Below, one piece after another: positions 1-9,507 of a stretch of 53,755 nucleotides of DNA; positions within the stretch are counted from its first letter, which is position 1, and every line of letters begins with the position of its first letter. Under the pieces are notes generated by a model. That model was not told where the DNA came from, made no database searches, and saw nothing but the letters and a program-made list of their open reading frames with translations. The DNA is taken from the NCBI GenBank assembly GCA_964523945.1, contig CAZGBU010000002.1, positions 1 to 53,755 of the forward strand, read 5' to 3'. This DNA is from an uncultured Oscillospiraceae bacterium (lineage in GTDB: Bacteria; Bacillota; Clostridia; Oscillospirales; Oscillospiraceae). Both the position numbers and the translations under genes were made by a program.

Positions 1-15
1 TCCCGGGGCGCTTCT

Positions 16-1323
16 TTATGTTGACACCACCGGTTTGGATGGCCGCCTGTGCGCGAGCAGCAGACATGCGGCTGCGGTAGCAGTTTCGGTTACGACAAAA
101 GTGAACCAGACGGATCTCAGACCGGCAAAATGGAACAGCCATGCCAGCGGAACCAGGAGGACAACCTGCCGCAGCAGTGTGACGGCGAGACTTGCACGCC
201 CTCGGCCGATGCCCTGAAAATAGACGGTGAACATCATGACAACACCAGCGGGGACGAAACTGCATGCAATTACCCGCAGCGCATAGCACCCGATGGACAG
301 AATCGAGGTGCTGTCGGAAAAGATGCGCAGCAATGTGCGTGGCATAGCCAGAAAAACAGCGGTTGCGAGCAGCATAAAGCCACAGGTGAAGCAGGTTGAA
401 TAGAGCAATATGCGGCGCGACAGATTGTCTTGGCCCGCACCGTGGTGATAGCTGATCATTGGCAGAATTACCTGCTGCAGTCCCATCAGCGGGATAAAGA
501 AAAAGGTCTGCAGCTTGTAGTAAATACCCAGAACGGTCACAGCATCCTCTGTAAACTGTTTCAGAATCAGATTCAAACCGATAATGTAAACAGTGTATAA
601 CGACTGCATTACGATTGACGGCAGCCCAGTGCGCAGGATCTGTACAAAGCAGCGCGGGCGCACTGTCCCATGCATCTGGAAGCGATGAAATACTGTGCCG
701 AGCGTGATTCCCATTGCCGCAATTTGCCCGACGATGGTTGCAATGGCGGCCCCGGAGACACCCAGTGCCGGCAGGCCGAACTGACCGAAAATCAGAATGG
801 GATCCAGCACCACATTGATGAGTGCACCGGCCACCTGCGCAAGCATCGGTGTGCGCATATCGCCTTTGGCCTGCAGCAGTTTGGTGCAGCTTCCCTCAAT
901 AAACATGCCAAACGAGCCGAGGAGGACGATGCGGGTGTACTGTATGCCTTGTGCGCGGACGGCCTCCAGGTTGGAGGAAACGCCAAAATAGCCGTGCATT
1001 GCAGCCAGCCCGACGGCTGTGAACACAGCGTAGTTGACCACCCCGAGCACCAGGCTGCTCCGGATCAGATCGGATTGACCATCGTTCTGCTTTGCACCAT
1101 CCATATGAGAAACAAGAATGTTGAGTCCTGTGCCAGTGCCGGTGGAGACCGCGGTCATCAGAAGCTGGATGGGAAAGATAATTGAAAGCGCTGTCAGGCC
1201 GTCGGCGGAATACTGCGCGACAAAATAACTGTCGACAATGTTGTAAATGGACAGAATCAGCAGTGCCAGCATGACAGGCGGAGAACGTCTGAGCAGAAGT
1301 TTGACAATTGAGGGAGTCTCCAT
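16..1323 (-). CDS. MATE family efflux transporter
   Basis: 435-aa polytopic ORF. Motifs IYNIVDSYFV near the N-terminus and GALINVVLDPILIFG..GLPALGVSGAAIAT in the second half are typical of MATE (NorM/DinF-like) pumps. Confidence 0.85.
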   Translation of the reverse strand: METPSIVKLLLRRSPPVMLALLILSIYNIVDSYFVAQYSADGLTALSIIFPIQLLMTAVSTGTGTGLNILVSHMDGAKQNDGQSDLIRSSLVLGVVNYAVFTAVGLAAMHGYFGVSSNLEAVRAQGIQYTRIVLLGSFGMFIEGSCTKLLQAKGDMRTPMLAQVAGALINVVLDPILIFGQFGLPALGVSGAAIATIVGQIAAMGITLGTVFHRFQMHGTVRPRCFVQILRTGLPSIVMQSLYTVYIIGLNLILKQFTEDAVTVLGIYYKLQTFFFIPLMGLQQVILPMISYHHGAGQDNLSRRILLYSTCFTCGFMLLATAVFLAMPRTLLRIFSDSTSILSIGCYALRVIACSFVPAGVVMMFTVYFQGIGRGRASLAVTLLRQVVLLVPLAWLFHFAGLRSVWFTFVVTETATAAACLLLAHRRPSKPVVST

Positions 1324-1372
1324 GCAATCACATCCTTTCTGTAACAGGATAAAGCATGGAGCAACTACACGG

Positions 1373-2200
1373 TCAAGAACTTTTTTCGTCCGCCATTAAA
1401 AGCGCTTTGATTTCACAGTCGTAGTCTGGCAGATAGTCAAACAGCTGTAGCCCCAGTTCTTCTGCAAAAATGCATGCTGGGGTCTCACCGTTGGTTGCCA
1501 GCCAATTGAGCAGCGGCGAAAAATCGGCCGTTTCGTTTTCAATATGCAGCGTAATCACCGCGTACAGCCCGGCCGGCAGCACGAGACGATTCTCTACAGG
1601 AATGGATTAATAGTGGCTGTTTTCGATTTTCAGATACTCCCGCTGCTTGACAACGCGACCGTCCCGGATCGCGTCCGGGTCGAGAATATAGCCATATTTT
1701 TTTCGAATAGACGGCGTGTTTGACAGCTCATCCTTAACTGCTTCCTGCAGATTGGCATGATAGGATCGGTTATCCCGTTTTAGACTACCAACTGCAACCG
1801 TTTCCTCCGGCAGCCATTTTTTCTCAACCGTGTGACAGCCGCGCCGGCGTGCAATGGTCTCATGCTCATCGCGGTACCACGCGATATCATCGGCAATCTG
1901 TTGATAGTATTTGCTCAGCCGCAGCGCTTCCTCGCGATAGTCCATCAGAACGTGGACGATCTTTTCATTATCCCGGAGTGCAAGGATCTGCTTCACCGTT
2001 TCCAGCGGAATGCGCAGTTTGCGGCAGGTGGTAATGATGTCGAGCTGCCAAAGGTTTCCGCGCGAATAGTAACGGTAGTGATTTTCCGGATCCCTTGCAT
2101 CCGGGACCAGGACGCCGGCGCGCTCATAGAAATGCAGTGTGTCTTTGGATATGCCAGTGATCTGGCTGACTTCTCCGATTCGATAGTATCCTTGCTTCAT
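1373..2200 (-). pseudogene. MerR-family regulator with GyrI-like effector-binding domain, interrupted by a single in-frame TAA at 1607-1609
   Basis: MKQGYYRIGEVSQITGISKDTLHFYERAGVL is a MerR HTH. ATG at 2198-2200 is preceded by GGGAG. ORFs 1607-2200 and 1373-1582 share one frame, and read-through gives ...KIENSHY*SIPVENRLVLPAGLYAVITLH..., containing the PAGxYAV strand typical of GyrI-like domains. Confidence 0.6.
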
Positions 2201-2225
2201 GAATGCTCCCTTTCTGCCGATTCGG

Positions 2226-3074
2226 TCAGACACGGTTCGCCCGGGCTGCCTGGCGCGGCGCTTCGCCAAATTGTTTCTTATAGGCGCGGGCAAAGGCGGA
2301 ATAGTCGCGGAAGCCGCTGCGGAATGCGGCTTCCGTCACCGGCATACCACTGACGATGCGGTCGCGTGCTGCGAGCAGCCGCTTCTCGATCAGATAGCCG
2401 TGGATGGTATAGCCGGTCTCGGCCTTGAACCGACGCATCAGGTGCGATTTGCTGATGTAGAACGTCCGGGCGATGCGGTCGATGGAAACGTCCTCTTCCA
2501 GGTGCGTATTCAGGAAGTGCAGGATGGAGACGGTTTTCTCATCATATGTTGCGTCTGAGACAAATTCGATCTGCCGCTCGTCCATACTGCGCGTGAGCGC
2601 GATGAGGAACTGGAGCATCAGTGCACGACACAGCAGCGCCTGCCCGAAGCCGGGGTGGTCCATTGCGCTTTCGAGCTGGCGCAGCGGCAGCAGCGGCTGC
2701 GCCGCCTGCGCCGCCGGCCGCAGAACGAACTGATAGTGCTCCTTTGCGCGGGTAAAGCAGGTCTCCAGATCGCATGCTGCCGTGCTGTGCGCACGCAAAT
2801 ATTCCGGGGAGAGGTAGAGAATGGTACGGCGGTATTCGCCTGCCTGGAACTCCGGCCGGTGGATACAGCCGGCCGGAACAAGCACAAAATCGCCCGGACA
2901 GAGTGCATAACGCTTGCCTTCGATGGCATAACCGACACTTCCACCGAGAAAGACGAGGATCTTGTGAAAATCGTGATAGTGCCAGTCGATGCGGTCCGTC
3001 TCTCGCTCGTTGAGGCGGAACAGCCGAAAATCCTCTACCAGATAGCCGCGTTTTTCATAGGATGCGGATTCCAT
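2226..3074 (-). CDS. AraC-family transcriptional regulator with N-terminal cupin domain
   Basis: Cupin-like WHYHDFHKILVFLGG...GDFVLVPAGCIH, and a C-terminal AraC HTH (ISKSHLMRRFKAETGYTIHGYL...GFRDYSAFARAYKKQFG). Start moved to ATG 3072-3074 behind AGGAGG. Confidence 0.8.
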   Translation of the reverse strand: MESASYEKRGYLVEDFRLFRLNERETDRIDWHYHDFHKILVFLGGSVGYAIEGKRYALCPGDFVLVPAGCIHRPEFQAGEYRRTILYLSPEYLRAHSTAACDLETCFTRAKEHYQFVLRPAAQAAQPLLPLRQLESAMDHPGFGQALLCRALMLQFLIALTRSMDERQIEFVSDATYDEKTVSILHFLNTHLEEDVSIDRIARTFYISKSHLMRRFKAETGYTIHGYLIEKRLLAARDRIVSGMPVTEAAFRSGFRDYSAFARAYKKQFGEAPRQAARANRV

Positions 3075-3186
3075 ACGGCAGACCTCCTGAAGCATTATTT
3101 ACAATCAATATAGCACAATTTGCGTTTAAAATGCAATTTCTTCCGCGTACAATAGAATCGATTCTTGGATGGGAGGCGGATCGGCG

Positions 3187-4050
3187 ATGGATCTGACACT
3201 GAAAAAATATACGGGACTGGGCAACGATTATCTGATTTTTGACCCGAACAAAGCGGAGGGCGGCCTGACCAACGCGCACATCCAGCTGGTGTGCAACCGC
3301 AACTTCGGCCTCGGCTCGGACGGCATTCTGGTCGGCCCGCTCTATCAGGACGGGAAGATTCAGGTCCGCATCTTCAATCCGGATGGCTCCGAGGCAGAAA
3401 AAAGCGGAAACGGCCTGATGATCTTTTCAAAATATCTCAAGGATGAGGGTTACGTCTCAGGCCAGAGCGTCACGATCGGCACGCCGGGCGGCGAGGTGAC
3501 GGTCGAATATCTCGACGCACGCGCCGAAACCATGCGCGTCAATATGGGCAAGGTCAGCTTTTGGAGCGATGAGATCCCCGTCGTCGGCGACCGGCGTGAG
3601 GTGATCGACGAACCGATGCAGTTCAAGAACAAGACAATGCGCGTCACCTGCCTGACGACCGGTATCCCGCACTGCGTGGTGCCAATGGAAAACATCTCGC
3701 GCGATCTGGCCTATGATCTCGGCCAGCGCATCGAGTGCGCCGCGCAGTTCCCCAAGCGGATCAACGTCGATCTGATGCAGGTGATTGACCGGAGCAATCT
3801 GGCGATCGAATCGTTCGAGCGCGGCGTGGGCTACACACTCTCATCCGGCAGTTCGGCGTGCGCGGCCGCGGCGGCGGCGTACCGGCTTGGACTGTCAGAT
3901 CCGTCTGTCACCGTCCATATGCCGGGCGGTACGATGAGCGCGCATATGAATCCGGATGGCTCTGTCAGTATCATCGGTTATGTCAGAGCGATCTGCGAGA
4001 TGACAATGACCGAGCAGGACATCAATACTCTCCTGAGTGTGCCGGGTTAA
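3187..4050 (+). CDS. dapF: diaminopimelate epimerase
   Basis: KYTGLGNDYLIFD, NRNFGLGSDGIL, IFNPDGSEAEKSGNG and the second-half GVGYTLSSGSSACAAA (catalytic Cys context) match DapF. GGGAGG precedes ATG 3187. Confidence 0.85.
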   Translation: MDLTLKKYTGLGNDYLIFDPNKAEGGLTNAHIQLVCNRNFGLGSDGILVGPLYQDGKIQVRIFNPDGSEAEKSGNGLMIFSKYLKDEGYVSGQSVTIGTPGGEVTVEYLDARAETMRVNMGKVSFWSDEIPVVGDRREVIDEPMQFKNKTMRVTCLTTGIPHCVVPMENISRDLAYDLGQRIECAAQFPKRINVDLMQVIDRSNLAIESFERGVGYTLSSGSSACAAAAAAYRLGLSDPSVTVHMPGGTMSAHMNPDGSVSIIGYVRAICEMTMTEQDINTLLSVPG

Positions 4051-4116
4051 CCGAGAACAGCACGCCGGACAGTAAAGATCGTCCGGCGAAGGGCTCGGAT
4101 GGAAGAAAAAGCGCGA

Positions 4117-4141
4117 AAGGGAACCGTTGGAGGTTCCCTTT
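4117..4141 (+). terminator. hairpin downstream of dapF
   Basis: aagggaacc / ggttccctt 9-bp stem followed by a short T-containing tail. Confidence 0.45.
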
Positions 4142-4177
4142 CACGGCCTATCAGGGGGAAAGCAGTGCCCCTTGAAG

Positions 4178-4217
4178 ATAAAGGATGCGGAGCGCACAGG
4201 CGCTCCGCATCCTTTAT
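4178..4217. terminator. long hairpin between convergent dapF and MFS genes (contains the MFS stop codon)
   Basis: ataaaggatgcggagcgc-acag-gcgctccgcatcctttat, a perfect stem of about 18 bp. Confidence 0.6.
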
Positions 4218-5404
4218 TCGTCGCCATGCAGATAGAACAGCAGCGTCAGCACCGCGCCGAGCAGCAGCGCACCGGCGGCGGAGAGGAACGTCGCGGTAAA
4301 GCCGGCCAGTTCAATGACGACGCCCCATACATATGAGCCGACACCGATGCCGAGATCAAGCATGCAGTAGACCGTGCCGCCGGCCACGCCGCGCCGGTGT
4401 ACCGGCATTTTATGGACGGCGAGATAGTACAGTACCGGCATGCAGATCCCCTGGATGAACCCGTAGGCTGTGCCGCCAATCAGGTAGGTCGTCATATTGT
4501 GCCAGAGCGCCGTGGATGTGAGCCCAACACCGCAGACGGTGAACGCAAACACGAGTGTCCAGCGTGCGCCGAGTTTGTGCTGGAACCAGTCAGATGCTAG
4601 ATTGCCGGCGGCCATGCCGAGCGTGGCAAACACCATGGCAAGCCCTGCGTTGGAGTATCCGGCCTCGCGTGCGAACATCAGCAGATAAAGGCTGACGCAC
4701 GATGTGGCAATGGCCATCAGGAAGATCAGCGCGGCCGGGCGGAACGCGGCCGGTTCAACAAACCGGCGCGCGCCGCGGACTGCCGGTGCAGCCGACTCGT
4801 CCGCATTGGCCCGCGGCTGTGCAGCAGGGGATTTTTTCTCGTAGTTGCACAGCAGCGCCAGGATGCCGGCACCCACGCCGCAGGCGGCGCTGACCCAGAA
4901 AACAGGGCTGTAGCTGCCGCCGCTCGAGAGCGCGGTGACCAGATAGCCCGCGCAGCCGAGCGAGACGGCAGAGGATACCCAAAAAATCCCGATTCCAAGC
5001 CGCGAGCGCTCTGGCGGCGTAACGTCGACGTTGATTGTTGAGCAGGCAAGCTGGCCGGCCGAGAAGCACATTCCGTGGATAGCACGGAACACGACCAGTG
5101 CACCGGCTGCCGGAATCAGGCCAAACAGCAGCGCTGTGACGCCGAACCCGAGACAGCCGAACGCCAGCAGCGACCGGCGCGAGCGGCGGTCGGCCCAGCT
5201 TCCGCCGAAAAAGCGCATCAGAATGGCCATCACGGCATAGGGAATGCCAAGAAATCCGGCAAAGCCGGTAGAGCGGCCGAGCGAGGTCACAAACAATGTG
5301 ATGGAGTTGTTGAGCAGGTTCTGACACAAATTCAGCCCCAGTGAGGCGAACCAGACCAGAATGAAATACCGGGTGAACAGCTTCGCTTTTGTGTGCGCGG
5401 ACAA
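4214..5404 (-). CDS. MFS transporter
   Basis: 396-aa ORF with about 12 hydrophobic segments and the MFS loop motif GGSWADRRSRR after TM2. TTG start as given in the ORF track. Confidence 0.8.
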   Translation of the reverse strand: MSAHTKAKLFTRYFILVWFASLGLNLCQNLLNNSITLFVTSLGRSTGFAGFLGIPYAVMAILMRFFGGSWADRRSRRSLLAFGCLGFGVTALLFGLIPAAGALVVFRAIHGMCFSAGQLACSTINVDVTPPERSRLGIGIFWVSSAVSLGCAGYLVTALSSGGSYSPVFWVSAACGVGAGILALLCNYEKKSPAAQPRANADESAAPAVRGARRFVEPAAFRPAALIFLMAIATSCVSLYLLMFAREAGYSNAGLAMVFATLGMAAGNLASDWFQHKLGARWTLVFAFTVCGVGLTSTALWHNMTTYLIGGTAYGFIQGICMPVLYYLAVHKMPVHRRGVAGGTVYCMLDLGIGVGSYVWGVVIELAGFTATFLSAAGALLLGAVLTLLFYLHGDE

Positions 5405-5538
5405 GGATGAACCACACCTTTCTCTTTCCTTATTGTTACGATATCATATGCGGCGAAAAAAGGAAAGGGGCGTTTTTGCCCTGCCGCATGGACGCGAAAC
5501 CGCCGGGCAGAGCGCATGGACGCTCGGCCCGGCGGCAG

Positions 5539-6162
5539 TTATGATTCCGGCTCTTCCATCAGCAAGGTGACGCCCTCCTCTACACGCACGCAAGCGCGCT
5601 GGCCGAGAAATGCATTGCTGACGCCGAGCGGGAAGCGGTTGGTCAGCTCCAGATGTGCGCGGGCGTACCACAGTCCCTCGAGCGAGACGACGGCGCGATC
5701 CGTGAGCGCGAATACAGAAAGATGACCCCGCGCCGTCGCGGGAAATTCTGCCGCGCTGCCGGTGCAGAGCGCGCGCATGCTGCAGCAGCGATCGCGCAGT
5801 ACGGCATCGGCGCCCTGCGCGCACAGCCAGTGCAGCAGCTGCACTGCCGCGAGCGAGTGGGAAAACCGCCGCCCGCCAAGCGCACCGAGCAGAATCAGCT
5901 CCCGGTATCCGCGCGCGAGCGCAAGCCGCGCACCCGCGACGAGATCCGTGTCGTCTTTCGCGACCGGCAGCGTCACAATTTCGCCCCCGGAAGGCGGTGC
6001 GGGGAGCGAGTCCCAGTCGCCGATGCACACATCCGGCTGCCGCCCGGCACGTTGCAGATGCAAAAGTCCGCTGTCGGCCGCAATCAGCAGATCACCGGGC
6101 GTGTACGCCGGCAAAAGCGCAGCGTCGAACGCGCCGCCCCCGACAATAATCGCCCGCGCCAT
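5539..6162 (-). CDS. thiN: thiamine diphosphokinase (thiamine pyrophosphokinase)
   Basis: AIIVGGG...LIAADSG...IGDWDS...AKDDTDL...LLGALGGRRFSH motifs of TPK. Lies 4 nt downstream of thiT, behind a TPP riboswitch. Confidence 0.8.
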   Translation of the reverse strand: MARAIIVGGGAFDAALLPAYTPGDLLIAADSGLLHLQRAGRQPDVCIGDWDSLPAPPSGGEIVTLPVAKDDTDLVAGARLALARGYRELILLGALGGRRFSHSLAAVQLLHWLCAQGADAVLRDRCCSMRALCTGSAAEFPATARGHLSVFALTDRAVVSLEGLWYARAHLELTNRFPLGVSNAFLGQRACVRVEEGVTLLMEEPES

Positions 6163-6166
6163 CGTC

Positions 6167-6742
6167 TCAGGCTGCGCGCAGATCCGCGCCGGTCAGCTGG
6201 CGGCGCAGCGGCTTGTAGAGCAGCGCTTCTACCACCAGGCACAGCGCCATGCTGATGAAGATATAAAAGCCGTTATAGATCGCCGAGTAGAACCACGGCG
6301 TCGTCATGGTCATGTTAAAAAATGTCTCCGGCATATACTCCGCCCAGATGGTTGCGCCGACAATGTAGTTGACGACGAAACGTGCGGCCGAACCGACGAC
6401 GGTTCCGATGAACAGCCCACCCTTGCAGCGGGAAAACAGGCCGGCCAGGCCGAGCACCGAGTAGGCCAAGATGTAGTCGCCGACGATGGAGCCCCAGCCG
6501 ATGGCGAATCCGCCGTCAAACATGAACTGCAGGCATGAGAATACAAAGCTGGCCGCCATGCCGCGCGCAAAGCCCCAGCGGGCACAGTACAGAAAAATGG
6601 GCAGCATGGAGAAATTGATTGAGCCGCCGTTCGGCATCTCATAGAGCTTGAGGTAGCCGAGCACCTGTGCAATGGCGACGAAGATCGCGCCCTCGCACAG
6701 CGCGCGCAGGCGAAGATGGGACTTGGTTTGCGATGTAGACAT
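6167..6742 (-). CDS. thiT: thiamine ECF-transporter S component
   Basis: 191-aa, 6-TM protein (LCEGAIFVAIAQVLGYLKLYEMPNGGSINFSMLPIFLY...). AAGGAGG SD. Preceded directly by a TPP riboswitch. Confidence 0.8.
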   Translation of the reverse strand: MSTSQTKSHLRLRALCEGAIFVAIAQVLGYLKLYEMPNGGSINFSMLPIFLYCARWGFARGMAASFVFSCLQFMFDGGFAIGWGSIVGDYILAYSVLGLAGLFSRCKGGLFIGTVVGSAARFVVNYIVGATIWAEYMPETFFNMTMTTPWFYSAIYNGFYIFISMALCLVVEALLYKPLRRQLTGADLRAA

Positions 6743-6757
6743 AAAAAGACCTCCTTA

Positions 6758-6792
6758 CGAAAATCCGCATTGCAAATCCAGATGCAATGCGG
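6758..6792 (-). terminator. riboswitch-controlled intrinsic terminator (expression platform)
   Basis: Minus strand reads ccgcattgca-tctggatt-tgcaatgcgg followed by atttt. Located between the TPP aptamer and the thiT SD. Confidence 0.7.
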
Positions 6793-6807
6793 CCCAAAGG
6801 AGGCTTT

Positions 6808-6912
6808 TGCATCTTTTCCTACGCCGGTGTTGCCCGGATCAGGTTCGCGGGTCTGGGCGGCGGTTCGCCCACTCTCAGCCGGCTGCCGCCGGCTCCCCGA
6901 AGAATGCGATTT
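6808..6912 (-). promoter_or_regulatory. TPP (THI-box) riboswitch
   Basis: Minus strand reads GGGGAGCCGGCGGCAGCCGGCUGAGAGUGGGCGAACCGCCGCCCAGACCCGCGAACCUGAUCCGGGCAACACCGGCGUAGGAAAA. It carries the hallmark CUGAGA, ACCC, GAACCUGAUCCGG and CCGGCGUAGGxA blocks. Confidence 0.9.
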
Positions 6913-6928
6913 GTATGCGGTTGTGTTC

Positions 6929-6957
6929 AGTATAACGCCGGACGGCGCAGTGGTCAA
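6929..6957 (-). promoter_or_regulatory. sigma-A promoter of the riboswitch-thiT-thiN unit
   Basis: Minus strand TTGACC-17 nt-TATACT. The -35 overlaps the rluD stop codon. Confidence 0.6.
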
Positions 6958-7871
6958 GCGTCGTCCTGCCCTAATTTTCGCAGCACTTCGCGGAAATATT
7001 CCGGCAGATCGCAGCGTACGGTGCACAGTTCACCGGTGCGCGGGTGGCGGAACGTCAGCTCCCGTGCGTGCAGGCATTGGCTGGACAGCCCCAGCTCTGG
7101 CTTTTTGTGGCCGTAAACCGTGTCGCCGAGGATTGGGTGCCCGCGCCAGGCCAGGTGGACGCGGATCTGGTGCGTCCGGCCGGTTTCAAGCTGGAGCCGG
7201 AGGTGCGTATAGCCGCGGTAGCGCGCGAGCACTGTGAAGTGCGTGACGGCTGCCCGGCTGTTCTTTTGTGTGACGGCCATTTTTTTGCGGTCGGTGGGAT
7301 GGCGGCCGATCGGCGCATCGATGGTGCCGGCATCCTCCTTGACGTTGCCGCAGACGATAGCCTCATAGGTGCGGCGGAGCGTGTGCGTCTTCAGCTGTGC
7401 GGCGAGCGACTGGTGCGCGAGGTCGTTTTTCGCAGCGATCAGCAGCCCCGAGGTGTCCTTATCGATGCGGTGGACGATACCGGGGCGGCGTTCGCCGCCA
7501 ATGCCGGAGAGCGTCTGGCCGCAGTGCGCAAGCAGCGCGTTGACCAGTGTGCCGTCCGCATGACCGGGCGCCGGGTGGACAACCATGCCCTTGGGTTTGT
7601 TGACGACGATGACGTCGTCGTCTTCATAGACCACATCGAGCGGAATCGGCTGCGATTTTAGTTCCGTCGGCTCCGGTTCGGGGAGAGTGACAAGGAATAC
7701 ATCACCTGCGGCCGTTTTGTAGTTCTTTTTTACCGGCTGACCGCGCAGCAGTACATGCCCATCCTCGATCAGCCGCTGGGCGGCGCTGCGGGTCATGTCC
7801 TCGAGCGAGCGCGCAAGGAGCAGGTCAATCCGTTCGCCCGGCTGCTCAGACGGAATCATCATGGAAATCAT
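6954..7871 (-). CDS. rluD: RluA-family 23S rRNA pseudouridine synthase (RluD-like)
   Basis: S4 domain (RIDLLLARSL..SRSAAQRLIEDGHVLLRGQ) plus HRIDKDTSGLLIAAK catalytic motif and GRTHQIRVHLA. Start uncertain (ATG 7871, 7862 or 7859). Overlaps the lspA 3' end. Confidence 0.85.
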   Translation of the reverse strand: MISMMIPSEQPGERIDLLLARSLEDMTRSAAQRLIEDGHVLLRGQPVKKNYKTAAGDVFLVTLPEPEPTELKSQPIPLDVVYEDDDVIVVNKPKGMVVHPAPGHADGTLVNALLAHCGQTLSGIGGERRPGIVHRIDKDTSGLLIAAKNDLAHQSLAAQLKTHTLRRTYEAIVCGNVKEDAGTIDAPIGRHPTDRKKMAVTQKNSRAAVTHFTVLARYRGYTHLRLQLETGRTHQIRVHLAWRGHPILGDTVYGHKKPELGLSSQCLHARELTFRHPRTGELCTVRCDLPEYFREVLRKLGQDDA

Positions 7872-8346
7872 CTCCGGCGCGGCGCTTTTTTTCGTCACGG
7901 CTGTAGAAAAACGCGATGTAGACGCACAACGCGATCCCGCCGCAGGTGACAAAGATGTCTGCAACGTTAAATACGGCGAAGTTCATAAACTCCACCTCGA
8001 TCATGTCGACCACATAGCCCAGACGCACGCGGTCGATCAAGTTGCCGATCGCGCCGCCCGAGACAGCGGAGAGAGCCAGCACACCGAACGGGTGCGTCAC
8101 ATACCGGCGCACGAGCGCAAACACGATCAGCGCAAGCACCACGATGGTCAGCACGATCAATGGCCAGCGCTGTCCCTGAAAGATTGAAAACGCTGCGCCG
8201 GTGTTCTGCACATACGTCAGATGCAATACACCCGGCAGCAGCGATACCTGCCCGCCAAGCGCGATGTGTGTGACGGTCAGGTATTTTGTGATCTGGTCGA
8301 GCGCAACGGCTGCGGCAGCCAGCGCGGCGGCGAACACATAGAGCAT
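7846..8346 (-). CDS. lspA: signal peptidase II (lipoprotein signal peptidase)
   Basis: 166 aa. Motifs DQITKY, YVQNTGAAFS, GGAIGNLIDR, FNVADIF. ATG 8344-8346 follows GGAGG. The longer ORF-track start (8907) was rejected. Confidence 0.9.
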   Translation of the reverse strand: MLYVFAAALAAAAVALDQITKYLTVTHIALGGQVSLLPGVLHLTYVQNTGAAFSIFQGQRWPLIVLTIVVLALIVFALVRRYVTHPFGVLALSAVSGGAIGNLIDRVRLGYVVDMIEVEFMNFAVFNVADIFVTCGGIALCVYIAFFYSRDEKKRRAGDDFHDDSV

Positions 8347-8394
8347 AGAAAAGCCTCCGGTTCCAATTCCTGCGCCAATCATAGCACACCGCGC

Positions 8395-8432
8395 GGTAAA
8401 AAGCAACGCGGCGCTTCCAGCGGAAGCGCCGC
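8395..8432 (-). terminator. intrinsic terminator after the nitroreductase gene
   Basis: gcggcgcttcc-nnn-ggaagcgccgc stem followed on the minus strand by GTTGCTTTTTACC. Confidence 0.7.
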
Positions 8433-8449
8433 GCAGGGAAGACTGGAGC

Positions 8450-8995
8450 TTACAGGTAGCTGACCGCGCCCTCTTTGCGCGGAGCGGCCTCGGGCGACTC
8501 GTCAGCGTAGCCGACGGCCAGTGCGTAATATGGCTGATAGCCCTCGGGTGCGCCGAGCCTGGCGACCAGATCCGATCGGCCGCCGTTTTCCATGCAGATT
8601 TTGAACGAGCCGAGAATGCACGAGCCAAGGCCGAGCGAATACGCGGCGACCGCCATGTTCTGCACGGCATTGGCGCAGTCGCCCATACCGGCCTCGTCGC
8701 CGGAGACGACAATCGCGACCGGCGCGCCGCGCCAGCCGTCGAAGTCCGGCGCCTGCGCCATCTCGCGCAGATGGTCGTTGCCGGACGCGAGCATGACGGC
8801 ACGGTTGGCCTCGGTGACGCTATCCATGTAGGCACGGTCGGTGACGATCGTGAAATGCCACGGCTGACGGCCCATACCGGTTGCGGCGTACTGGCCGCAC
8901 TTGACAATCAGCTCAAGGTCGTCCATCTTGACCGGCGTGTCCTTGTACTTGCGGATGCTGCGACGGCCGAGAATGCTGGAAATGGTTTCGTTCAT
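8450..8995 (-). CDS. nitroreductase-family FMN oxidoreductase
   Basis: RRSIRKYKDTPV...QPWHFTIV N-terminal signature of the nitroreductase fold. Start at ATG 8993-8995 behind AGGAGGGA. Confidence 0.8.
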   Translation of the reverse strand: MNETISSILGRRSIRKYKDTPVKMDDLELIVKCGQYAATGMGRQPWHFTIVTDRAYMDSVTEANRAVMLASGNDHLREMAQAPDFDGWRGAPVAIVVSGDEAGMGDCANAVQNMAVAAYSLGLGSCILGSFKICMENGGRSDLVARLGAPEGYQPYYALAVGYADESPEAAPRKEGAVSYL

Positions 8996-9111
8996 GGTGG
9001 AAGTCCCTCCTGTCATAATTGGCTGCTAAACAATTACAGTATATCACAACTCTTTGCCGTTGACAACCAGCGGCATTTGTGGCAAATTGAACGAAGAAAG
9101 GATGTGCCAGT

Positions 9112-9507
9112 ATGCCGAATCGACGAAATGACGGAATGGCCTGGCTGACCGCCGTGACCAACGAAGAGGACGCCGCAGTGCTCAGCGAGCTGCTTGCGCG
9201 TGCCGACATCCCGTTTTATGCTGTCCGCCGCGGCGCAGGCGGGTACCTGCGCATTGTAATGGGTACGTCGATGTTCGGGCAGGATATCTATGTCCGTGAA
9301 GAGGACTATGACGAAGCGCTTGCATTGCTCGAAGACTGTTACGCCATGCGCGACGTCAGCGATGCGGAGCTGGACTGGCAGGCTGCGCATGCCGAGCCGA
9401 TGGACGAAGCGCCGGAGGAATCCGGTTCCTACCGGACATTCTTCTGGATCCTGGGCGCGCTTGTCCTGTTGCTGGCTGTGCTGGGTGTGTTACGCGTTCT
9501 GCTTTGA
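9112..9507 (+). CDS. small membrane-anchored protein, DUF2007-like (putative signal-transducing domain)
   Basis: About 70-aa alpha/beta N-domain (LTAVTNEEDAAVLSELLARADIPFY...YVREEDYDEALALLE), an acidic linker and a C-terminal TM helix. Its 3' end overlaps convergent bioY by 18 nt. Confidence 0.5.
   Translation: MPNRRNDGMAWLTAVTNEEDAAVLSELLARADIPFYAVRRGAGGYLRIVMGTSMFGQDIYVREEDYDEALALLEDCYAMRDVSDAELDWQAAHAEPMDEAPEESGSYRTFFWILGALVLLLAVLGVLRVLL

Noticed and set aside
1607-1609. Programmed recoding (selenocysteine, pyrrolysine or read-through) at the in-frame stop of the MerR-like gene.
   Set aside because: The codon is TAA, not TGA or TAG. No SECIS- or PYLIS-like structure was noticed. A nonsense mutation or sequencing error is the simpler explanation.
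5444-6538. ORFs 5444-6028(-), 5653-6255(+) and 5762-6538(+) overlapping thiN/thiT.
   Set aside because: Alternative-frame or antisense products rich in Arg/Ala/Ser. The thiN and thiT frames carry family motifs and are placed behind the TPP riboswitch.
8347-8907. The ORF-track version of lspA extended to 353 aa (start 8907), overlapping the nitroreductase gene.
   Set aside because: The N-terminal 187 aa are Ser/Arg/Pro-rich with no similarity to anything and run antisense through the nitroreductase gene. LspA begins at MLYVFAAAL (ATG 8346) behind GGAGG.
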